A stretch of 60,681 nt of DNA, filler included, from Nemertoderma westbladi (lineage: Eukaryota; Animalia; Xenacoelomorpha): the NCBI GenBank assembly GCA_032718475.1. It is 3 parts of 3 records of this genome, joined end to end, with 100 filler letters (N's around TTAATTAATTAA, not from the genome) between each part and the next. Parts side by side here need not be neighbours in the genome. Positions count along the whole stretch, not along the records: positions 1 to 18,123 come from JAUCBJ010003003.1; 2 more parts are not named here. One strand, written 5' to 3'. Numbering within the stretch: the stretch's first letter is position 1; every line of letters begins with the position of its first letter. The position numbers were made by a program, and so were the translations under genes. The notes beneath the pieces are model-generated. The model did no database searches. It saw only the letters and a list, made by a program, of their open reading frames with translations, and was not told the origin of the DNA. Below, in pieces: positions 1 to 9,076 of this stretch.

Positions 1-884
1 CCTAGCTAATACTGTACCTATAATATCACAAATTAGACATCACACATATAATATATTGTTGTATGATGAATAATTTCCATCATTTTAAATAATTAGTGAT
101 TTGGAAAATTGTACTACAATAAACTATATTAAAATATATTTAAGCTACAATGATGGAGGGAGAGACAATTCTTAGCTTGTAGATTAGGTAGATATGGAAT
201 AGTTAGTTATTAGTGAATAATGCTTGAAAAATTATGAAATATATAGAAAGTAGAAGTTATGAGCAAAGTTAACAAAATGATAATGAAAATATAGATAGAT
301 CTCAGCAACAATATGACCATGTACGTCTGAAAGCAAATTCATTATACAAAATACAAGCATTTATAAGTATAATTTAATACAATTATGTAGTTGTAAGTTC
401 ATGGAGTTAATAAAGATATATAAAATAGCAAACACAATAAATAAAATGCTTGTAGTTTGCAAAATACAATAAATGGTAATAATGGTAAACATTAATTGTA
501 AAACTTTGTATATAATTAACACCCCCACCCCCCCACACCCCCCACTCCCCTACCTACCACCCTCACCACCCCCACCCAAATAAGAGTACAATGTGTGCAA
601 TGTTGGAATGTCAGAGTTTAAAAAAAAAAGTTTCGTAAATGGCCCTTGCCACTATTATCTGCAGAAATGGTGATTCTGTATGTTTTCAAAGTTTCGTGTT
701 TTAAAAAGAACCAGCCACAGCCACCTATTACATTTGGAAAAATGTAAAAATGGGTATTGTAAGGTGCAAACTTGAGCAAAAACTACCCGTAACAATAGGG
801 GTAATGATAAATATAGAGCCATAAAATAAATGAAAAGAAAGAAAAAGAAAGAAAGAAAATGAGACCAAAAATAGAAATAGGCAG

Positions 885-1092
885 TATGAGTCATGGTTCC
901 TGTCTCTAGTCAGAGCGCGCAATGCTCGACTCAAAACTACAGCAGTCCCCATGACTCATAAAATAAAAAATAAAATAAAAAGAATATTAGAACAAAAAGA
1001 TAAATAGGTAGATGGTTCTGAGTCATGGTTCCTGTCACTAGTCAGAGCGCGCAATGCTCGACTCAAAACTACAGCAGTACCCCCATGACTCA
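885..1092. repeat. Two tandem copies of a ~75-nt self-complementary hairpin unit, each followed by an A-rich tract
   Basis: Copy 1 spans 885-960 (TATGAGTCATGG...CCATGACTCATA, 12-bp perfect inverted repeat). Copy 2 spans 1019-1092 (TGAGTCATGG...CCATGACTCA). The interiors are near-identical, with an inner stem AGTCAGAGC-gcgcaat-GCTCGACT. Confidence 0.85.
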
Positions 1093-1697
1093 TAAAATAA
1101 AAAATAAAATAAAAAAAACATGGGAACAAAAAGATATATTATTTATTCAAGCACTATATATATACTATTTTAAGGATAATCCAGTAATATTATTCATGTG
1201 ATGTTCCTGTATGGATATACTGAAAGAAATAAAATAATTTGAATTCACCATATTTTAGAGTTCCAGCACGGCATACACAACAAAACTGGTGGTAATGGTA
1301 GTAGTGGTGGTATATTTCATTGATTTGTTTGTTTAAGATAATTTATGTTTTCCTGAAAGCACTGCACAGTAAAATGAACATAAATTTACTGTTCTGCTTT
1401 AACTATTGGTATTTATTTAATTATTTAATCTGTAGTTTCATGGGCAGTTCAATATATCTATGGAATCGTATAAAAAAAATAATATACAAAAATCCAATAT
1501 CATTAGTTGAAAATATTTATTTATAAATAAATTAATGATGTAATTTAATATTCCAGAATAATACCAGTGCAGCATACACAACAACTGGTAGTAAACGGGG
1601 TATAAAATTGCGGTCTGGTATATTTACTACCGCAGCATTAACAACAACTGGTAGTAGGCAAGCATTAATTTAATTTTGGTGTGTTTGAAATTGAAAG

Positions 1698-2610
1698 TAC
1701 TCACTGAATTTATTGTTCCAGAATTCTACCAGCGCGGCATACACTACAACTGGTAGTAAACTGTGAGACTACATCAGCTAAGCTTGGTAACTTAAATTAG
1801 ATTTTTGTTTGTTTAGAATTGGGTTTTCTCACTGAATGTAGTGTTCCAGAATTCTACCGGCGCGGCATACACAACACCTGGTAGTAATCTGTGAGACTAC
1901 ATCAGCTAAGCTTGGTAACTTAAATTTGATTTTTGTTTGTTTTAGAATTTGATTAACTCACTGAATGTAATTTTCCAGAATTCTACCGGCGCGGCATACA
2001 CAACACCTGGTAGTAATCTGTGAGACTACATCAGCTAAGCTTGGTAACTTAAATTTGATTTTTGTTTGTTTTAGAATTGGGTTTACTCACTGAATGTAGT
2101 GTTCCAGAATTCTACCGGCGCGGCATACACTACAACTGGTAGTAATCTGTGAGACTACATCAGCTAAGCTTGGTAACTTAAATTAGAATTTTGTTTGTTT
2201 AGAATTGGGTTTACTCACTGAATGTAGTGTTCCAGAATTCTCCCGGCGCGGCATACACAACACCTGGTAGTAATCTGTGAGACTACATCAGCTAAGCTTT
2301 GGTTACTTAAATTTGAGTTTTGTTTGTTTTAGAATTTGGTTTACTCACTGAATGTAATTTTCCAGAATTCTACCGGCGCGGCATACACAACACCTGGTAG
2401 TAATCTGTGAGACTACATCAGCTAAGCTTTGATACCTTAAATTAGATTTTTGTTTGTTTAGAATTGGGTTTACTCACTGAATTTATTGTTCCAGAATTCT
2501 ACCAGCGCGGCATACACTACAACTGGTAGTAACTGAGACTAAATCTTTGGTAAATTTAATTAGATTTTTTGTTTCTTTAAAATATAAATTACTCAAATGA
2601 ATATATTGTG
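1698..2610. repeat. Tandem array of seven ~129-bp units abutting the RepHel stop codon
   Basis: TTCCAGAATTCT recurs at 1716, 1844, 1973, 2102, 2230, 2360 and 2489 (period 128-130). Degenerate partial copies lie near 1259-1305, 1551-1597 and 1625-1658. Confidence 0.95.
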
Positions 2611-5600
2611 TTATGTTTTTACAATTTGTATCATTCGTAGCCCCATATTGAATTCACCAGCAATAAACTTGGCTAACTGAACAAGCTGGTGAGGTGTCAT
2701 TCCTGATGGTGCGGTTTGGTAAATGGTATTGATGACAAGTTGTCTGGAATTCTTATTTTCCTGGTCAGCGCCACCACCTGGAAACCCAGTAATTACAGCA
2801 TAGGGTTGCCATGGCTGTAAGTTTGGGTTTTGGGTCAGATAACCTTGTATATTTCCTCGCCGTAGGTCATTAAGGCACCGCCTAAAGTTAACTGTTTCAC
2901 CTGCGCACCAAATGTCGGGATATGGGATGCTTACAACTATATAAACAAACCCAATATCGTCCGCTGGAATTTCCACATCAAGTGGAATGTGGTGAACGTT
3001 AGGCACCGGGTTGTTTGACAATAATGGAGCAGGTCGTGGGGCGGGTTGTTGTGATGGCTGGTGTCGGATTACATCTAAATCGTTAATTAATTTTGTTACA
3101 TATTCTAGAATTGGAGATTTCTGTCCTAATACTTTTGAGATATTTTCTAGTACGGTTTGTTTAAGACCGACGAAGTACAGATGGTTGGCATACGGTACCC
3201 TAGAAATTATCACCAACAGTTGCTCCACCAACCAAATGGCCCATATGCTCTTGCCAGTCTCAATTTGTGTCGCAAGTTTAAAACAAAACTCACCCAATAT
3301 TCGATGTACGGTAAGGGCAGCAACGTGCTGCAAAGGCCACTGATCTCGTCGGCCTTTCTGCAAATTATTGCCAACTTGCACTTCTGGGGAAATGCGTCGT
3401 GCGAGAAAGATTACTGGATATTGATTCAAGTTATTGAAATCAATAGTACCTCCCCCCACTGGAATTAAGCGTAGAACTAACCTAAGTGGTTCACCTTGTG
3501 GTAGACCTTCCACCACAACCAGTTGGCCCTGGGAAAATGTATGTCTCCCTGACATCCCGTTATACGTTAACCGCATAACGGTTCCTACAGGGATTAAAAG
3601 AACTCGACTCTCCCGCACCTCATTATCCAGAGCATTGGATATCCGCTGTGTAGCAGGAATCCACACACCAGCATGGTTCTCCATTTCATCCCTAGCTTGG
3701 AATGTGGTTGATACTAGGTTGGGTTGTTGCTGAATTTTCTGCAAGTAATTCTTAGTTGCCTCACGTTCAGCTGCGCGTTTCCCAACAACTCTCACGCAGT
3801 CCAAAGGGACATCATCCCAACTATTTAAAAAATTGCAATTAGTTGCAATAATTTCAAGAATATGAGCGATATCCTCTTCAGTTCTTGAATTATCGCGTAT
3901 TAATTCGATTAATAGTTGGAGTTGGGGGTCATTTGCCGATCGTACATAGGAGGTTAGTTTGGCAACCTTGAATGTAGTGAGAAAATGTGGGGAGAGCCAC
4001 ATAAGTGTACCATGGATGGGGGGCAACTGTTGGTGATCACCACTAGCTATAATTAATTTACCACCAAATGGTGTGTTATTGTCCGTTACTTTCTTTAGTA
4101 CTTGATCTAATACCGACACGAGTTCCCCACTAAATAGTCGAATTTCTTCTATTAGAAGGATGTCCAGTCTTTGGAGGATACTAAACTTATCTGGAGTCCT
4201 CGCCAGGGCAAGAAGTGAATTTTCTGATAATGCTACGGCGTCGACTGTATTGTTTCCTTGGCTACCAGGCAAAGACAATAGTTGATGGAGATGGATTCCC
4301 CCAAGCTGTCTAGCCTTGTTGCTAGTGATGGCAGTGAGGGAAAGACGCAATCCTTTGGCCATGGCATAGGCACCAGCAAGAAGGAGGATATGAGTTTTAC
4401 CTGTTCCAGGGGGACCAACAATAATAATTGGGTTTACAAAAGTTGACGTTGGTATTAGGTATTTGTCAATGGCGTCACAGCAGAGTGTCAATGTCTGCTG
4501 CTGTTCTAATAAGGACTGACTACTCTGCGATTGTGTCTGCTGTAATTCTGGTCGCCATGGTAACGGTGTTTCTCGAGTTGCATTACATAACTCATTTGGA
4601 ATAGTAATTTTTTTATCTACAAAACCGGCTACCATGTTGGTTCTAGAAATGGTTTCCAACCGAATAACAGTGGCAGTAACCTTACGGCGGAAAAGGGCCT
4701 CCTGCGCTAATGGCAGTGCTGTGAACTGTACACCCTCCCCACCCAGAAAGGAGTTTAGTACGGAATCGGCTGTTTGCAACATCCTTTCCATCTGGCGTGT
4801 ACTAACTGCGTAGTGGTACAGCTGTTCCATTAGATACCGCCTACGCAGGTTCTTAATGTCAGCTTCAGTGATATTTCGCCAATCCGGAACTAGCTTACAC
4901 AAACCGAAACTTTCTAATAGACATGATGTTGTATACAGGTCCAGTTCAGTTTCAAACTTTCCCAGAGACAACATTAAGTGTATTAGAAACTTTTCGGTTT
5001 GGTAAGGTGTTATATTGGAGAAAACCACTATCACTGGCTTAGTACACGACTTATTTACAAAAAGTTTGGTGCAATTACGGTCACCGGCGACGATCGGGTG
5101 GAATATCTGGGTTAGCAGATCAAAGGCAAAGGGAACCCCATTACTTACCTGAATTGTCAGGAATTCGACCGCTTTTTGAATGCCGGATAAACGAAGTTGA
5201 ACACGTTTACTGTATCCGTTAACCCAAATACATTCACTCAATCTGTTATTCAAGTTGTAATCACCAGTATAATTTGTTGTAATAAAACATTTTGTAAAGA
5301 TTTCTAAGGTATTGAATGGCATGAGTTCTGGGGGACGCAGATTAAACGCAGTAAAATTATCAGCGCAGTATGTGCTAGAAATGTAATCTTGAATAAGTAG
5401 AACTTGGGAGTTTGTGAACTGTCTGATGGGGGGTAGATGTACCCTTTTATTTACTGGCAGTATGGCGCCATCTGCATCTATTAACTTTTTTGCTTTGATG
5501 GTTGGGAATAAATGGACTATACCGCTTCTGGTCTCTGGCGTTACGGTTTGGAGGTGAAGGAATTTTACACTGGTAGTAAAATAATCAAATTTTAAGGAAT

Positions 5601-8600
5601 GAAAAATTAATTCGTTTGTACTGATGATTCGACTTGTGTACCCCTTGTCTTTCTTTGCCCGTTTTTCCTCAGCTATTCTCGCCCCTGTAATTTTTTCGTT
5701 CACCTGAGAATGTTCCTCCCCCATAAATTCCCCCGCTACTTTAGTTTCTTCGAGAATATGTTTGCGATGTTCCTCCTTGCCCGCGCCGTATTTTAGTAAA
5801 TAGGCCTTCATAAACCGCACAGCACATACCTGTACATTAGTACAGGCACGCATCAGTACAAAGATTCGCGGTATTGTTGGAACGAAAAATTCGTGGGCCA
5901 TAGCAGCGTACTGATATGACCCAGCAACGAATTCATCGTTCACAACAATATTATTATAATCATCCTTAAAGGCTAATTCTAAATCAAGGAGTGACTCTAG
6001 GAAGGTTTCAGAGTACAGGTTTTCTTTTGGGACAAATTTAGATTTTCCTGACTCCGGATATTTAGTGTATCGGCAAATTGGTTTGCCATTTTTATCGGTG
6101 CGTTTTTGACACCGCCCACCCGCGCTGTTGCAGTTATGCGTTTGCAAGTTTTGTAAATGGTCCATAAATTTATATTTATCCTGCACATCCCGTACTAGCC
6201 CCTCTGAAATTAAATTGTTGAAATCAGTCCCAAAACAGTCATGAAACAAAGTTTTAGATTGGCAACAAATTCTGGAGAGTGAGGTTTCTGTGTCCTCCTT
6301 GTGCAGTGTGACGCCCATGTGTACGTGAGGTTTATTGCCAATGGCCTTCTGGTCCTGAAATTCCATTCTGGCCCACAGGCTTTCCACATGGCCGACGGGT
6401 TGCTCTTTGCTGAATTCCAGCCAACGGAGTACGTAATGTACAGTTCGCATCCAGGCTCTCAGCATAACAACACCCCGTCGAACAAGTTGAAACTTGTAGT
6501 CCTCTGTGTGCCCGTATTTGCGTTTGATGGCATTTGTTATTGGAGCCACACCGGGTGTCTCACTATCATTACATGTCAACGTAATGAAGTAAGTCCAGGC
6601 TCCCTCCTTTGTTAGAGCGGCCAGTTCCTTGACTTTTCGACGAGAATCAACCTCGTTGAAATTTAGTTTTTGTTCCCTAATACCTAAGTTTAATTTTTTT
6701 AAGTTTAAAAATTCCAGACCGCGATGTAGTACAAGGGTTGCAGAGTTGTTGTTTAATTGAGTATTCAAAAGTATATCAAATACAAAATCCAGATAGGCTA
6801 GAATTTTTGGTGTTATATTTCCACCTCGTAAACGTATTTCCAGGTGGTCTGACAGAGTAGCCAGACCGCGTTTATTTTCGGTTCTGTTTGAGTACAAAAC
6901 CGAAGGAAGTGCACCCAATACCGCTTGATCTTCGGGCCTGGCAAAATAAAAAACAAGAGGAAAAAGAAAAGCTTCAGGAAAAAGTAATGGGACATTACCT
7001 TCTGGACTTAATGAAGTTATATGGCTGAGGATGCGGTTGAAATTCGCCTGTTTGTGGGCAGAGTATTTCCTACGTAATACACCATAATATTCGTTAAGGA
7101 GGACGTGTACCCTGGAAGTCGTTGCCACATCACACACTACGACGTTGTCTCTACTGGCATATAATGTAGACTCATCATCATGTTCTTCGTAGAGTTCGTT
7201 TGACCCCAGGATCCCAAGGTGCTGCTCCACGTACTCCAGATCCACCTCATTATCCTCATCTGGATCCATAAATTGATCCAGTGGATCCTGCTCAACACCC
7301 TCGTCTTGGCGGTCATCACCCTCGTCATTCCCATCCATTGGGTCGTCGAACTCCGGATCTGGTTGTTCGAATATAGCCGGATCTCCCACGAAGGTCTCTG
7401 CTCCGGATTTTATTGCAGCAGAACCATGATGATAACATATGCCGACGTCGCAATGGTAATATGGCAGACCCCAGGGACACCTCCACCTTGCGATATTGGA
7501 GCAGCCAGTTGTCCAGCATTGGGATCGATTTGTTAAGTGCTGGCGAATTAGGTGAAACTGTGGATGGAATTGACACTTTAGAATATTTTGACCGGCAAAT
7601 TGAGCCAACTGTTTGTGTTTTTTAATTAAATTTTGATGTTGCAATTTCTTACAAAATACTAGAAATGAAAAATGTTTTAGGATATTGGATTGTTGTATAT
7701 TATTGTTTATATATTTTTTGCCGAATGTGTCCTGAAATAAAAAAGTTTCCCCCCATTTAAATATGATTCCTTGCGAGTTACCGATGCACTGAAGGTAGTG
7801 GGTTTCACTTTCTAGAACTATGTCATTTTCTGATGCCCCAAATTCTAGAATATTTCCAGTAAATCGTCTACTGCCGCCCCTATAGAACAATTCTATGTTT
7901 GCACCAAGTGATACCCCGATATGTTCCCTAGTAATAATTTCATTGAAATCTGAAAGGATTATGGCCGCTTTCTGTGAGGTATTTGTACTGTCAGATACAG
8001 TAGGATCTACTGTAGCTACCCTACATTGTAGTACTTCCTCGGAATTTCCTTTGATTCTATATTTATGTCGATGTAATGCAGAATGCACTGCGTCAAGTAG
8101 TAAAGTGGCAAGTGGATTGTCATTTATTACATTTTGTATTACCCTATGTGTCGGAGGTGAATGGCATAAAATCCGAATTAGTTCTGCAGTCAGTGGGCAC
8201 TCGTCATTATTATATATATTTGTATAGAATGGATTACAGCCATAACGGTTGTTTGGGTGAATAAGTGGCAGTGAATAGTCCTTGTCGGTATTTTTGCCCC
8301 CCTTGTCCCTAGATATATATGTGTCCCATTGATACAACGCTTCGTCCATCCCCATGTATGTCGCCCCCCTAGTACAGTCGTCAATTACGTCCTTGTCGAA
8401 TTCGTCAGCGTACAGTGTCCCAGATACAAAGTCCTCCCCAAGTTCCCGTCTATTTAATGTACACTGCAGTATGTCAGGTCGATTGTCCAGTACTAATTTT
8501 TCATTTTTTGCAAAACTATCATTCGTCACACCACCAAAAGTGTAACTCGGTATTAAAGTGGTCGAAGAAATCCCATTGTACCCCCCGATTTCTCGTACAG

Positions 8601-9051
8601 TAGGTAAGCTAGAAGTATATTTACCTACTTTACTTTCTCTTACTATATTAGGTGTTACTGCAATTGGTGCCAGTCGGTCAGGAAGATCTATAAAGTTGTC
8701 AGGTGCGGGATGTCTAGGTACGTGTATATAGGCCTTTTCAGCATTATGATGCTTCTCACAGAAAGCGACACACAATCCTTTCGATTTGTTTACCACGAGG
8801 GATGGACGTATAACCCAGTCTAGATCGACTTGGTCGTACGGCCAATCCCCCCTGATTCCTCTTACCAGAAAAGGTTTCGGATTAAATGCCGAAAAATTTG
8901 GAATCCATTTATGAATAAAATGGTGGAAAGGCAGGAGGTTAACTTTATCTATGAATTCCTCACAGCCTAAGGGACATAGAACAGTTGTATAGGGGTTGGT
9001 GTTTGCTGCATTCATTATGCGTGCAGCTTCCAAACTATTTATTTCCCGCAT
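2611..9051 (-). CDS. Helitron-like Rep/helicase (HUH endonuclease + PIF1-family SF1B helicase + degenerate C-terminal GIY-YIG-like domain), 2146-aa ORF
   Basis: Rep motif I YFITLTCN, motif II RMEFQ...KPHVHM (HUH), HxC..C..C cluster QTHNC...RCQK...CRY, motif III YLLKY. Helicase Walker A GPPGTGKT, Walker B-like LLIEEI, FGGKLIIASGDHQQLPPI, VRSAND, QWPL...LTVHRILG, QLLVIISRV. C-terminal GFVYIVVS...WCAGETVNFRRCL. Confidence 0.88.
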   Translation of the reverse strand: MREINSLEAARIMNAANTNPYTTVLCPLGCEEFIDKVNLLPFHHFIHKWIPNFSAFNPKPFLVRGIRGDWPYDQVDLDWVIRPSLVVNKSKGLCVAFCEKHHNAEKAYIHVPRHPAPDNFIDLPDRLAPIAVTPNIVRESKVGKYTSSLPTVREIGGYNGISSTTLIPSYTFGGVTNDSFAKNEKLVLDNRPDILQCTLNRRELGEDFVSGTLYADEFDKDVIDDCTRGATYMGMDEALYQWDTYISRDKGGKNTDKDYSLPLIHPNNRYGCNPFYTNIYNNDECPLTAELIRILCHSPPTHRVIQNVINDNPLATLLLDAVHSALHRHKYRIKGNSEEVLQCRVATVDPTVSDSTNTSQKAAIILSDFNEIITREHIGVSLGANIELFYRGGSRRFTGNILEFGASENDIVLESETHYLQCIGNSQGIIFKWGETFLFQDTFGKKYINNNIQQSNILKHFSFLVFCKKLQHQNLIKKHKQLAQFAGQNILKCQFHPQFHLIRQHLTNRSQCWTTGCSNIARWRCPWGLPYYHCDVGICYHHGSAAIKSGAETFVGDPAIFEQPDPEFDDPMDGNDEGDDRQDEGVEQDPLDQFMDPDEDNEVDLEYVEQHLGILGSNELYEEHDDESTLYASRDNVVVCDVATTSRVHVLLNEYYGVLRRKYSAHKQANFNRILSHITSLSPEGNVPLLFPEAFLFPLVFYFARPEDQAVLGALPSVLYSNRTENKRGLATLSDHLEIRLRGGNITPKILAYLDFVFDILLNTQLNNNSATLVLHRGLEFLNLKKLNLGIREQKLNFNEVDSRRKVKELAALTKEGAWTYFITLTCNDSETPGVAPITNAIKRKYGHTEDYKFQLVRRGVVMLRAWMRTVHYVLRWLEFSKEQPVGHVESLWARMEFQDQKAIGNKPHVHMGVTLHKEDTETSLSRICCQSKTLFHDCFGTDFNNLISEGLVRDVQDKYKFMDHLQNLQTHNCNSAGGRCQKRTDKNGKPICRYTKYPESGKSKFVPKENLYSETFLESLLDLELAFKDDYNNIVVNDEFVAGSYQYAAMAHEFFVPTIPRIFVLMRACTNVQVCAVRFMKAYLLKYGAGKEEHRKHILEETKVAGEFMGEEHSQVNEKITGARIAEEKRAKKDKGYTSRIISTNELIFHSLKFDYFTTSVKFLHLQTVTPETRSGIVHLFPTIKAKKLIDADGAILPVNKRVHLPPIRQFTNSQVLLIQDYISSTYCADNFTAFNLRPPELMPFNTLEIFTKCFITTNYTGDYNLNNRLSECIWVNGYSKRVQLRLSGIQKAVEFLTIQVSNGVPFAFDLLTQIFHPIVAGDRNCTKLFVNKSCTKPVIVVFSNITPYQTEKFLIHLMLSLGKFETELDLYTTSCLLESFGLCKLVPDWRNITEADIKNLRRRYLMEQLYHYAVSTRQMERMLQTADSVLNSFLGGEGVQFTALPLAQEALFRRKVTATVIRLETISRTNMVAGFVDKKITIPNELCNATRETPLPWRPELQQTQSQSSQSLLEQQQTLTLCCDAIDKYLIPTSTFVNPIIIVGPPGTGKTHILLLAGAYAMAKGLRLSLTAITSNKARQLGGIHLHQLLSLPGSQGNNTVDAVALSENSLLALARTPDKFSILQRLDILLIEEIRLFSGELVSVLDQVLKKVTDNNTPFGGKLIIASGDHQQLPPIHGTLMWLSPHFLTTFKVAKLTSYVRSANDPQLQLLIELIRDNSRTEEDIAHILEIIATNCNFLNSWDDVPLDCVRVVGKRAAEREATKNYLQKIQQQPNLVSTTFQARDEMENHAGVWIPATQRISNALDNEVRESRVLLIPVGTVMRLTYNGMSGRHTFSQGQLVVVEGLPQGEPLRLVLRLIPVGGGTIDFNNLNQYPVIFLARRISPEVQVGNNLQKGRRDQWPLQHVAALTVHRILGEFCFKLATQIETGKSIWAIWLVEQLLVIISRVPYANHLYFVGLKQTVLENISKVLGQKSPILEYVTKLINDLDVIRHQPSQQPAPRPAPLLSNNPVPNVHHIPLDVEIPADDIGFVYIVVSIPYPDIWCAGETVNFRRCLNDLRRGNIQGYLTQNPNLQPWQPYAVITGFPGGGADQENKNSRQLVINTIYQTAPSGMTPHQLVQLAKFIAGEFNMGLRMIQIVKT

Positions 9052-9076
9052 GTGCCATTCCCTAACTACTGTAATA

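Noticed and set aside
1698-2610. CRISPR-like array next to a nuclease/helicase
   Set aside because: The units are similar along their whole length with no unique spacers, there are no cas genes, and the context is eukaryotic.
3011-8603. Many short ORFs overlapping the RepHel ORF
   Set aside because: Antisense or off-frame shadows of the long ORF with no recognisable motifs.
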